A stretch of DNA of 64,000 bases, from assembly GCA_902597385.1 (NCBI GenBank), contig CACJXQ010000001.1:31910-95909 (forward strand). The letters are read 5' to 3'. The DNA comes from an uncultured Pseudomonadota bacterium (GTDB taxonomy: Bacteria; Pseudomonadota; Gammaproteobacteria; Ga0077536). The position numbers and the translations under genes were made by a program. Shown one piece after another: positions 49,562-58,993 of this stretch. How positions within the stretch are numbered: position 1 is the first letter of the stretch; the number at the start of each line of letters is the position of its first letter. The notes below the pieces were generated by a model. It ran no database searches and had not been told where the DNA came from. It was given only the letters and a program-made list of their open reading frames with translations.

Positions 49562-50392
49562 ATGAGCAGAAAGCTGGCAAGGATAAGTGAATTTGTAGTA
49601 GATGCTATAACCTATTTTTCTAGTGCGCGACAAAAGAGTAAGACTCTTGCGCGATTAATGAAAGGTCTATCAGAGCGTTCCTACGGTGTCATTAACTGTA
49701 GCAAGGGACAGCTCCTATTGGATAAACTCAGAAGTCCTCATGCTGCTAGCGCTGCCGAACATTTCTTTATCGATGAGCCTGAGACTCTTGAATGGATTGA
49801 TGGTTTTGAGGACGGTCAAACCTTTTTTGATATCGGTGCTGGGGTCGGGATCTATTCTTTGTACGCTGCCTTAAATCCAGCTTTGAAGGTTTTCTCTTTT
49901 GAACCTAATGGATTCAGCTTTGGTTTATTTCTTGAACATATACGCGTCAACAATTTGTCGAAACAAATAAGCCCCTTTTGTTTGGCTTTAGGTCAAAAAA
50001 CAGAAGTAGAGAACCTTCTATTCAATCAAGTTTCGGAAGGGGCGGGAGGAAGTACCTTCTATAAAGAATTTCAGGAGCGCCACAAAAAGAAACCTGTCTT
50101 TTCCCAGTCTGTAATTAGTTTCTCTGTTGACGAGTTCGTAGAACTTTTTAAAATTTCTGCACCTACCCACATCAAGATTGATGTAGACGGGCTAGAGCCC
50201 GCAATTATCGCGGGAGCGAAGAAAACGCTATGCAGAGTGCAGTCGATAATGGTTGAAGTAGAGTTAGGTAACCTGGATAGAAAAGAAGAGAGCCTTGATT
50301 TACCTTTAAAAAAATTAGGGTTTGAGGAGAGCGATCTATTTAAGGGTATCGGGTCCGGTAGGAATCGCTTCTACCGCAAAAAAAGTGCTTGA
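49562..50392 (+). CDS. FkbM family SAM-dependent methyltransferase
   Basis: FDIGAGVGIYSLY SAM-binding motif. FkbM-like length. Confidence 0.7.
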   Translation: MSRKLARISEFVVDAITYFSSARQKSKTLARLMKGLSERSYGVINCSKGQLLLDKLRSPHAASAAEHFFIDEPETLEWIDGFEDGQTFFDIGAGVGIYSLYAALNPALKVFSFEPNGFSFGLFLEHIRVNNLSKQISPFCLALGQKTEVENLLFNQVSEGAGGSTFYKEFQERHKKKPVFSQSVISFSVDEFVELFKISAPTHIKIDVDGLEPAIIAGAKKTLCRVQSIMVEVELGNLDRKEESLDLPLKKLGFEESDLFKGIGSGRNRFYRKKSA

Positions 50393-50400
50393 AGCAGTGC

Positions 50401-50766
50401 TTAAAATTCCACACATCTTCCTTCAAAACCGGCAAGAACGCATTGGAAACCAGAAGGGCAGTCTGTAGAAACAATACAGGTACCCCTAATCTCTTTGTTG
50501 GGTAGGTTTTCTTCAATTATTTGCGCCGGATCTCCTAACCACTTGATTGCTCTATCCCTTATCTCGCCGGTGATAGGTTTCCTTTCAACTGGTTCCTCCG
50601 AACGGTTTTTAATTGAAGAATAACAAATTCCACTGGCACGCTTTTCCCTTTTGAAGCAGGTTTCTCCCAAGCGGCAATCCTCATCATCCATACAAGCTAA
50701 GCTGAAATTCGGTATAGTTACTATAAAAAAAAACAAGAAGAATGGTGTGAAAATTGTTTTTCTCAT
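50401..50766 (-). CDS. Secreted protein with a tandem Cys-rich module (two copies of C-x5-DC-x2-G-x2-C-x8/9-G-x-C)
   Basis: The start is most likely the internal ATG (MRKTIF...), which begins a signal peptide. 8 Cys sit in two near-identical spacings. Confidence 0.45.
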   Translation of the reverse strand: MRKTIFTPFFLFFFIVTIPNFSLACMDDEDCRLGETCFKREKRASGICYSSIKNRSEEPVERKPITGEIRDRAIKWLGDPAQIIEENLPNKEIRGTCIVSTDCPSGFQCVLAGFEGRCVEF

Positions 50767-50788
50767 AGTGATAGGCGATTTTGACAGT

Positions 50789-53700
50789 TTAATTACAATT
50801 CTTTTTAGAAGTTCCATAGCCTCCCCCTCCCGGAGTCTCTAACCATAGTATATCTCCTTTATCTAAAATCGTTTGATCAATTCCTTTGAGGGTTATAATT
50901 TTACCGTTCTCTCGAATCACACGATTTTTTCCGATGACTCCATTATCCCCACCATTGAGTCCACAAGGTGGGAATAATCGATGACTAGATAGTAACGAAA
51001 CCTGCATTTTTTCAAGGAATAAGATTTTTCGAGTTACACCGTTTCCGCCAGTATATTGTCCTGAGCCGCCACTATCTGCCCGTATTGAGAAATCACGTAT
51101 CATTACAGGAAATCTAATTTCAAGAATCTCGGGATCTGTTAATCTCGAGTTTGTCATATGGCTATGAACTGCATCGCAACCGTTAAAATCTGGTCCCGCG
51201 CCTGTTCCACCACAGATTGTTTCGTAGTACTGATATTTTTCATTACCAAAAGTCAAATTATTCATCGTTCCCTGAGAAGAGGCCATTTTGTTAAGTGCCC
51301 CGTATAGACAGTCCACTATATTCTGAGACGTTTCTACGTTCCCTGCTACAACAGCTGCCGGTGATCTAGGGTTAAGGAAACTGTCCGTTGGAACTTTAAG
51401 TTTAACTCGTCTTAGGCAGCCCTCGTTAAGTGGTATTTCTTTTTCCACTAGGGTACGAAGGACATACAGAATGCTAGCGTGTGTGATGGCGATTGGTGCA
51501 TTAAGGTTGTTATCGGTTTGTTTACTTGTCCCTTCAAAATCCACAGTTATCGATGGCTCGCTCTTATTTACCAGAATCCTAACGTGAATTTTTTCACCAC
51601 CATCAAATGTTTTCTGGTAACTCCCGGAAGCTAGAGATTTAATAAGATGGACGATTGCTTTTTCTCCTTGCTCCTTTAGCTTTTGCGTATATTTACGTAC
51701 TTGTTCGATGCCGTAGTCGCTAGCAAGCGCTAAAAGTTGGTCTGATCCTTTTTTATTTGCAGCAACCGAAGCTCTTAGGTCGGCTATGTTGTTATCGATA
51801 TTTCGGGAGGGATGTGGGTGGTTTAGGAGTCTTGAGCGAATCAACTGTTCTTGAAATTCCCCCTTGCTGACTATTTTTATATTTTCAAGAAGTACTCCCT
51901 CTTGCTCTATTCGAGTACTATTGGCCGGCATCGAGCCAGGAGTGATCCCGCCTATGTCGGCATGGTGACCTCTTGAGCCAAGGAAAAATAGCGGCTTTTT
52001 TTGGTTATCTACAAACAGCGGGGTTATTACCGTAACGTCAGGTAAATGGGTTCCTCCTTTAAAGGGATCGTTCGTTGCATATACGTCTCCTGGATTCATC
52101 TTGGTACTAAATTCTTTGATTATGTTCTTAACGCTTTCGCTCATCGATCCTAAGTGGACTGGAATATGTGGGGCGTTTGCAAGTAAACAACCATTCTCGT
52201 CAAACACTGCACAAGATAGGTCCAGACGCTCTTTAATATTGACAGAGCGCGAAGTCTTCTGAAAAACAATACCCATTTGATCAGCAATAGTCATTAATTG
52301 ATTCGAGAAAAGCTCTATCTGTATGGTGTCATAGTAATTAGGTGATTGAACATTTTCCTCGAGATTTCTTTCGAGAATGAAACAGCATTCTTTTGTTTTT
52401 CTAATGCTCCATGCTCGCTCTACAACTATTGTGTTTGTATTATTGATAACGACTATAGGTCCTGTTATTGGCTTATTTCCGGCCTGAATCGCTTCGTCGG
52501 AATAAAACGGAATGATTTCTTCTTGTCCTCCAAAAAAAACTTTATGTTCGCCACTTGTTTTGGGCTCAGCTCTGAGTTCAACAGGAAAGGATTCATCCTC
52601 TTTATTCTCTTGGCCTATCGTCTCTACTAATACAGAGGCGATAATTATTGCTGAATCTTTTTCAAGAAAACCATATCTCTCGTTATATTTTTTTTCAAAT
52701 TGAGAGTTCATTTCTCTGTAACTAGCGAGAGTTACTTCCAAGGAATCGTCTGTGCCTTCATATTTTAATCTAAAGTTTATTAGCGTTTCTTGATTTTCCT
52801 CTGCTATTCCTTGTTCTAGTAACTTTTTTGATAATTGTTTTTTAACCTCTAGCACACGTGTTCTTGTTCTTTGGAGCGCTTTTTCTGAGAATTGAATGTT
52901 AATCGTTTCTTCTTTTATTTCTGCAATTTTCGCACAGCCCACACCAACAGCAGATAGTAGGCTAGCATTCTCATCAATTAGAATAGTGGAAATGCCTAAA
53001 GCATCCGCTACCTGACAAGCGTGTTGGCCAGCAGCTCCTCCAAAACAATTCAGGACGTAATTCGATAAGTCTATACCCTTTTGCGTAGATATCTTTCGTA
53101 TAGCATCGGCCATCTTCGAGACAGCTATATGAATGAACCCCTCAGCAACGTCCTCGCTGCTCATATCGGTATCGCTTGAGTCATTAATAGCTTTTGTTAA
53201 GCTTTCGAACTTCTTTATTACTTCAGCGGTGTCTATTTCCTGTTTATTGTCAACACCAAATGTTTTTGGAAAATAACCCGGTCGTATTTTTCCTAGAAGC
53301 ACATTACAGTCGGTCACAGTAAGAGGGCCTCCTTTTTTGTAGCAGGCCGGGCCAGGATTTGAACCGGCTGATTCTGGGCCAACGCGCATATTAACTCCAT
53401 CAAAATCAACTACAGAACCTCCTCCTGCAGCTACAGTCTCTATTGCCATCATAGGAATATTCAACTTGACGCCATTTACTTCGTTTTCGAACTGCCTCTC
53501 ATATTGCCCAGCATAGTGACATACATCCGTAGATGTTCCCCCCATATCGAAACCGATGACGCTTTTTCTACTGTTTTTCTCCGCAGTGCGCGCCGTCCCT
53601 ACAACACCTCCCGCAGGACCGGACAACACACTATTTTTTCCACTAAATAAATGGGCAGAAACCAAACCTCCATGTGATTGCATAAACTCAATCGGAACCT

Positions 53701-54427
53701 CGGGCAGCCTTTTCGATAACTTTAAAATGTAAGCACGAAGAATTGGTGTCAAATAGGCATCAACACAAGTGGTCTCACCCCTCGATACGAACCTGACTGT
53801 TTTAGCCACTTTGTGAGAGAGTGAGATATGTTCAAAGCCAACTTTCTTCGCAATCTTTTCCACCAGTAACTCGTTAGAAGGGTTCAAGTAACTATGCATG
53901 AATACAACAGCAGCAGAAGTGATTCCTTTTTCACGAGTCACTTTAAGTTTTTGAGATATGGCATTTACATCGATACTGCTAAGAATTTCCCCATTAGAAT
54001 TTATCCTCTCATCGACTTCTATTATTTCCTCAAAGAGTATCCTCTTAGGTCTTATTTTCAGTGCAAATAAGTCAGGTCGGTTTTGATATCCGATTCTTAA
54101 GGCATCTTTGAAACCCATTGTGGTAACTAGCACAATGGGCTCCCCCTTGAGTTCTAAAAGGGCATTGGTGCCTATTGTAGTGCCGATTTTAATTTTTCCG
54201 ATTGACTCGGTCGGTAGCCTCTCTGCTCTAGAAATATTTAGTATCTTCCTAATACCCTCCACGGTCGAATCTGAGTAGTTTTTTGGATTATTAGAGAGTA
54301 GTTTTTTGTATACCTTTTCACCTTGAGGATTTATTCCAATTATATCGGTGAATGTTCCGCCTCTATCACACCAAAATTCCCACTTTTTGGTGTTAGCTTC
54401 ACTTAATGACTTTGTTTCCTTTTTCAT
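50789..54427 (-). CDS. 5-oxoprolinase / hydantoinase, fused HyuA-HyuB type
   Basis: 1212 aa. The N-terminal hydantoinase-A GGTFTD motif and C-terminal hydantoinase-B domain match fused OPLAH. Confidence 0.85.
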   Translation of the reverse strand: MKKETKSLSEANTKKWEFWCDRGGTFTDIIGINPQGEKVYKKLLSNNPKNYSDSTVEGIRKILNISRAERLPTESIGKIKIGTTIGTNALLELKGEPIVLVTTMGFKDALRIGYQNRPDLFALKIRPKRILFEEIIEVDERINSNGEILSSIDVNAISQKLKVTREKGITSAAVVFMHSYLNPSNELLVEKIAKKVGFEHISLSHKVAKTVRFVSRGETTCVDAYLTPILRAYILKLSKRLPEVPIEFMQSHGGLVSAHLFSGKNSVLSGPAGGVVGTARTAEKNSRKSVIGFDMGGTSTDVCHYAGQYERQFENEVNGVKLNIPMMAIETVAAGGGSVVDFDGVNMRVGPESAGSNPGPACYKKGGPLTVTDCNVLLGKIRPGYFPKTFGVDNKQEIDTAEVIKKFESLTKAINDSSDTDMSSEDVAEGFIHIAVSKMADAIRKISTQKGIDLSNYVLNCFGGAAGQHACQVADALGISTILIDENASLLSAVGVGCAKIAEIKEETINIQFSEKALQRTRTRVLEVKKQLSKKLLEQGIAEENQETLINFRLKYEGTDDSLEVTLASYREMNSQFEKKYNERYGFLEKDSAIIIASVLVETIGQENKEDESFPVELRAEPKTSGEHKVFFGGQEEIIPFYSDEAIQAGNKPITGPIVVINNTNTIVVERAWSIRKTKECCFILERNLEENVQSPNYYDTIQIELFSNQLMTIADQMGIVFQKTSRSVNIKERLDLSCAVFDENGCLLANAPHIPVHLGSMSESVKNIIKEFSTKMNPGDVYATNDPFKGGTHLPDVTVITPLFVDNQKKPLFFLGSRGHHADIGGITPGSMPANSTRIEQEGVLLENIKIVSKGEFQEQLIRSRLLNHPHPSRNIDNNIADLRASVAANKKGSDQLLALASDYGIEQVRKYTQKLKEQGEKAIVHLIKSLASGSYQKTFDGGEKIHVRILVNKSEPSITVDFEGTSKQTDNNLNAPIAITHASILYVLRTLVEKEIPLNEGCLRRVKLKVPTDSFLNPRSPAAVVAGNVETSQNIVDCLYGALNKMASSQGTMNNLTFGNEKYQYYETICGGTGAGPDFNGCDAVHSHMTNSRLTDPEILEIRFPVMIRDFSIRADSGGSGQYTGGNGVTRKILFLEKMQVSLLSSHRLFPPCGLNGGDNGVIGKNRVIRENGKIITLKGIDQTILDKGDILWLETPGGGGYGTSKKNCN

Positions 54428-54446
54428 TTTCTGGGGGATGCTTATT

Positions 54447-55934
54447 TTAATCGATTGCCCAAGAAAGGGATCTTTTAACTGCGCGATACCATGTGCTTTG
54501 AGCTGACTCTTTCATGGCTTGGGTAATCTTAGGTTTAAATATTTTTGGTTCAGAAGCTATTACCGGAATCTCATGTTTATTCTTATGTAGCTTAATACCA
54601 AGACTGGAGACCATGGCAGCTCCTAAGGCCGTAGTTTCTTTATGAGCAGAGCGATACACTGGCCTCTGAAAATAATCAGCTTGAATTTGCATGAGGAGAT
54701 TATTTTCCACCGCTCCTCCGTCGACTCGAATGAAGTCTATTTCTATTTCGGCAGTTTCCGACATCAAATCTATGACGTCATTTACCTGCCATGCTATGGC
54801 ATCTAACACAGCTCTGGCAATATGGTTTTTGTTCGTGTCCCTCGTTAGTCCAATTATAATTCCACGAGCATATGGATCCCAATGAGGAGCGCCAAGACCT
54901 GTGAATGCCGGCACCAATACCACCCCATTTGCATCTTCAACTTTTTCGGCGAGTTTTTCTATTTCCTCCGAGCGTTCTATTATCCCTAGACCATCTCTTA
55001 ACCATTGAACTGTAGAACCTCCCATAAATATGCTTGCTTCCAGAGCATACTCAGTGCTAATTCCGTCACTGAATGCGATGGTAGTTAGTAAGCCCGATGA
55101 TGTTGTATTGGCTTCATCACCTGTGTTTATAAGAGTAAAGCATCCGGTTCCATATGTGCATTTGGTTGAGCCCCTCTGAAAACATCTTTGTCCAAAGAAA
55201 GCAGCTTGTTGGTCGCCCATAACGCCTGAAATCGGAATATTTTTATTAGATATTAAGGAAGTCTCTCCGAAAAATCCCGTGGACGGCTTTACTATAGGAA
55301 GTATTTCTCTTGGGACATCCCAAATGTTGAGTAATTCATCATCCCAAGCCAATGTTTTAATGTTGAATAACATTGTTCTAGAGGCATTAGTCGGATCTGT
55401 ATAATGAACTTTTCCTTGGGTTAGGTTCCAGATTAACCAGGAATCGACTGTGCCAAAAGCAATATTTCCAGCTTTTGCCGCTTCCTGAAGCCCTGGTGTG
55501 TTTCTCATTAACCAATTAATCTTTGATGCTGAGAAATAAGGATCCAAGATTAACCCTGTACTATTGTAAATCAATTGAGCGTGACCTGTCTTAGACACTT
55601 TTTCACAGATTGTTGCGGTTCTTCTATCTTGCCAAACAATAGCATTCCCAATGGGTCTTCCTGTGTCGCGGTTCCAGAGAATAGTTGTTTCTCTTTGGTT
55701 GGTTACACCGATTCCAGCAATAGATGCTTCGTCTACTCCACTCTTATCAACGACCCTTTTAGCAACCTGTAGTTGCTTTGTGATCATTTCTACAGGATCT
55801 TGTTCTACCCATCCCGACTTTGGATAAAATACGTTTATCTCCATTTCATCTGTTGATACTGGTCGCATCGCTTCATCGAATAGCACAGCTCGAACATTAG
55901 TAGTCCCTAAATCTAGTGCCAGTATGTGTTTCAT
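54447..55934 (-). CDS. glpK: Glycerol kinase
   Basis: N-terminal ALDLGTT sugar-kinase motif and FGGY family layout. Confidence 0.9.
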   Translation of the reverse strand: MKHILALDLGTTNVRAVLFDEAMRPVSTDEMEINVFYPKSGWVEQDPVEMITKQLQVAKRVVDKSGVDEASIAGIGVTNQRETTILWNRDTGRPIGNAIVWQDRRTATICEKVSKTGHAQLIYNSTGLILDPYFSASKINWLMRNTPGLQEAAKAGNIAFGTVDSWLIWNLTQGKVHYTDPTNASRTMLFNIKTLAWDDELLNIWDVPREILPIVKPSTGFFGETSLISNKNIPISGVMGDQQAAFFGQRCFQRGSTKCTYGTGCFTLINTGDEANTTSSGLLTTIAFSDGISTEYALEASIFMGGSTVQWLRDGLGIIERSEEIEKLAEKVEDANGVVLVPAFTGLGAPHWDPYARGIIIGLTRDTNKNHIARAVLDAIAWQVNDVIDLMSETAEIEIDFIRVDGGAVENNLLMQIQADYFQRPVYRSAHKETTALGAAMVSSLGIKLHKNKHEIPVIASEPKIFKPKITQAMKESAQSTWYRAVKRSLSWAID

Positions 55935-56671
55935 CTCGTTTGCTCTTCTGCTAATGCGTATTGGACAAAATACTTTGGATTATCAGTAAAGATACCATCT
56001 ACCCCACAGGCTAGACATAGTTCATAATCCTTTAAATTATTTACCGTAAACGCATAGACGCGACGCTTGTTTTTGTGGGCATATTTTATGTTGTGTTTGT
56101 TAATATCACTCATAGGAACATGCACATCTGGTGCGTTGTAAAATTTTGCTCTTTTAATGGCGGAAAAAAAATCATCTTTATAAAGTATAGCTAATTTCCA
56201 TTTATCTGGATAACGCGAAAGTTCTTTCGTTATTTCAATATTGAAAGACGATACGATAATATTTTTCTTATATTGGCCGCTAGTGAATTGAAGGTGGCTG
56301 TCTAATATCTGTGATACTTCTTCTGCTATCCCGGGTTCTTTAAATTCAAGAATTAATTCCTTGATAGGTTTTTGTAGACAGAGAATTTCTTGGAGTAGCG
56401 GTATTTTATCGCCATTCATGCAGCGTAAAAATCTAATAGATTGTGATGAGAAGCTTTTATAATGCCCGCTACCGTCTGTGGTTCTATTCACGGTTTCATC
56501 ATGTAAGATGATGATATTATTCTCGACTGCGCGTAAATCAACCTCTATCCCATCGGCCTTATCATTGAGCGCTTTCGTTATGGCTCGTAAGGTGTTTTCA
56601 CCGTCATTAAAGTTACTTCCTCGATGTCCAATGATGTTCACAGCTGGTTTTCCGCGTTTAGTACAAGACAA
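55931..56671 (-). CDS. Glycerophosphodiester phosphodiesterase
   Basis: IGHRG...E.D GDPD catalytic motif. Translationally coupled to glpK. Confidence 0.8.
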   Translation of the reverse strand: MSCTKRGKPAVNIIGHRGSNFNDGENTLRAITKALNDKADGIEVDLRAVENNIIILHDETVNRTTDGSGHYKSFSSQSIRFLRCMNGDKIPLLQEILCLQKPIKELILEFKEPGIAEEVSQILDSHLQFTSGQYKKNIIVSSFNIEITKELSRYPDKWKLAILYKDDFFSAIKRAKFYNAPDVHVPMSDINKHNIKYAHKNKRRVYAFTVNNLKDYELCLACGVDGIFTDNPKYFVQYALAEEQTR

Positions 56672-56750
56672 TCAATCATACCGGTCAACCTTAACCTAAA
56701 ATTAGTTTTTATTTGGTATTTTTTCTGTATAAATCAATTAAAATATAAAA

Positions 56751-57284
56751 ATGAAATGGATTTTCGGTTATGGCTCGCTACTTTGGAGGCCTGGTTTTGA
56801 TTTTGAGGTGAAGAAGGCTGCTTCGATTTTTGGCTGGGAGAGGCGGATTTGGCATTCCTCCATTGATCACAGAGGGACAGAGAGTTTTCCAGGGCGAGTT
56901 GCCACGATTGTGCCTGTAGTGGGTGGAGTGTGTGAAGGGGTTGCCTACGGAGTTGTCGATGCTAAATGGAGTGATACCCTTAGCTACTTAGATGATCGGG
57001 AGAAGGCAGGTTACAAAAGAAAATATGTTTTAAGTGTGATAGAAGGAATGGGCTCTAAAAGTGTGGTCACCTATGTAAGCCGCCCCTTTAATAAGTGGGT
57101 TTCAGAAAGGGAGACAGATCGTGAGCTTATTAATCGTATTGTAAATGCGAAAGGAGAGAGTGGGCGGAACATTGACTATCTGATGAGGTTAGATAGAACC
57201 TTAATAGACCTTGAGATAGTGGATGCCCATATCGGGCGCCTAGTGCGATCGTTGAGTCAGTGCCAAATATCAGGAGAAAATTAG
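56751..57284 (+). CDS. ChaC-like gamma-glutamylcyclotransferase
   Basis: N-terminal IFGYGSLLW signature of the GGCT/ChaC fold. Confidence 0.75.
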   Translation: MKWIFGYGSLLWRPGFDFEVKKAASIFGWERRIWHSSIDHRGTESFPGRVATIVPVVGGVCEGVAYGVVDAKWSDTLSYLDDREKAGYKRKYVLSVIEGMGSKSVVTYVSRPFNKWVSERETDRELINRIVNAKGESGRNIDYLMRLDRTLIDLEIVDAHIGRLVRSLSQCQISGEN

Positions 57285-58054
57285 TGTCTGCATTCAAGTA
57301 TTATGTAGGAATAGATTATTCGGGCGCAAAAGCTCCGGTGTCTAGGTTGGCTCAACTGCAGGTATACGAATCGAAAGTCAACTCAGTGCCTAAAAGAGTT
57401 GAACCTTATGACAAAGGTGCAAAGAACTGGTGCCGTAAGGAAGTGGCAAAGTATGTCAGTGAGTTACTGATTGCCAAATCAAATGTAATAATTGGTATTG
57501 ACCACGGATTTTCTTTTCCCAAAAGCTATTTTGAGAAATACAGGATAAAAACTTGGGATGGTTTTCTCACTTATTTTACGAATGAATGGCAAACAGAAAG
57601 AGATCATATGTATGTAGATTTTGCCCGCAAAAAAAATAGTGTAGGTGGAAAAAATACAGATTACAGATTGTGCGAATGTTGGGCTTCAGGAGCCAAGAGT
57701 GTTTTTCATTTTGACGTGCAAGGTTCTGTTGCTAAGTCTACGCATGCCGGCCTGCCATGGATAAAAGCGCTAAGAAGTGATCCTGAGATAAGATCAAAAA
57801 CTCATTTTTGGCCTTTTGACGGATTTGATTTTCCCGAAGATAAATCGGTTGTTGTCGAAGTATTTCCGACACTTTTTAGGCGTCGATTTAACCGAGAGGA
57901 AAGGACGGCCGATCAGCAAGATGCTTATGTGGTTTCTGCTTGGTTAAGGGATATGGATCGTCGAGGGGCAATTCTTGATTATTTCAATCCTCCATTAACC
58001 TTGCCTGAGAGGCAGCAAGTTAGGTTAGAGGGCTGGGTCTTTGGTGTGAGATAG
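57284..58054 (+). CDS. Hypothetical protein (RNase-H-like DUF429 family suspected)
   Basis: GTG at 57284 with an AGGAG RBS. It overlaps the ChaC stop (TAGTG). A GIDYSG and a second GIDHG motif are present. Confidence 0.35.
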   Translation: MSAFKYYVGIDYSGAKAPVSRLAQLQVYESKVNSVPKRVEPYDKGAKNWCRKEVAKYVSELLIAKSNVIIGIDHGFSFPKSYFEKYRIKTWDGFLTYFTNEWQTERDHMYVDFARKKNSVGGKNTDYRLCECWASGAKSVFHFDVQGSVAKSTHAGLPWIKALRSDPEIRSKTHFWPFDGFDFPEDKSVVVEVFPTLFRRRFNREERTADQQDAYVVSAWLRDMDRRGAILDYFNPPLTLPERQQVRLEGWVFGVR

Positions 58055-58076
58055 TTAATGGGTAAAACTAGTTGAT

Positions 58077-58544
58077 TTATTTTCCAGTAAAACATTGTCT
58101 GACTTGAGTACGGTTGGCTATGTTGGCATCGTCGCTACAAATTGTTCCGCCCGTTATACACTCTCGCGATGCTTGGTCAATACTTAAGGTTCCACACGTG
58201 TCATTAGCCTGGTTTCCCTGTGGCGTTGCATTGATAGTGTACGTGATAGGTGTGGCTATGCTGCTTAAGAGATAGTTGACAGTCATCCCACCGCCAGCAG
58301 CTGCCTTAGGTGATGTTGTAATTGGTGGTGCCGCTATGCCAGAGTCGTCGTAACTTCCGAAGACAGTAAATTGTCGCTCCATCCATTGCGATAGCTCCAA
58401 CATATTGGAGATGGCTTCACTTCTGTTGGTTCGCATTCCATAGGCTTGATAATTTGGGATGGCCACGGACATGACTATCGCTAATATAGCAACAACTATC
58501 ATCAGTTCTATTAGCGTAAATCCTCGATATTTTGCGTCTTCCAT
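58077..58544 (-). CDS. pilE: Type IV pilin-like protein (PilE/FimT-type minor pilin)
   Basis: Start at the internal ATG, giving the leader MEDAKYRG|[15 protein letters not shown], a class III signal with prepilin N-methylation site. Confidence 0.7.
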   Translation of the reverse strand: MEDAKYRGFTLIELMIVVAILAIVMSVAIPNYQAYGMRTNRSEAISNMLELSQWMERQFTVFGSYDDSGIAAPPITTSPKAAAGGGMTVNYLLSSIATPITYTINATPQGNQANDTCGTLSIDQASRECITGGTICSDDANIANRTQVRQCFTGK

Positions 58545-58617
58545 GCGACTAGAATTTCTAGTCGAGAAGCATCGTTGATCTTTCTTTTTTATTATCATCT
58601 CTTTGCTTTGTTGTTTT

Positions 58618-58983
58618 TTATTCATTAAATTGATGGATAGAAGAAGCTGTTAATTCACCTTTTTCATAGGCAACACCAACTCTAATTTCAGAGCCAATTT
58701 TCAAGTCTTGGAAAGAGAGGGGAACAGAGCTATTTTCCCTAGTAAAAGATGTCTGGGATTTAATTAGAATAGATTGGTCTCTGATCACAATCCTCCTTTC
58801 ATTTTTTTCTATTAAGGATATGGTGCCTTCGAGAAAAATATTTTCTAAGCCTAATGACGGTTGAATGCCTGCCCCTGATAAACGTTCCTTAGTTAGACTC
58901 ATTTTTTCCTTTTCAGATGCTAGAGAAGTGATGCTATGAGAGATCAAAAAGAAAAAAAGAAAAATCATTTTTTTGTATTTCAT
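58618..58983 (-). CDS. Small secreted protein in the PilY2 position
   Basis: Signal peptide. It sits between pilY1 and pilE as PilY2 does in Pseudomonas. No motif was recognised. Confidence 0.3.
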   Translation of the reverse strand: MKYKKMIFLFFFLISHSITSLASEKEKMSLTKERLSGAGIQPSLGLENIFLEGTISLIEKNERRIVIRDQSILIKSQTSFTRENSSVPLSFQDLKIGSEIRVGVAYEKGELTASSIHQFNE

Positions 58984-58993
58984 GATTAAACCC

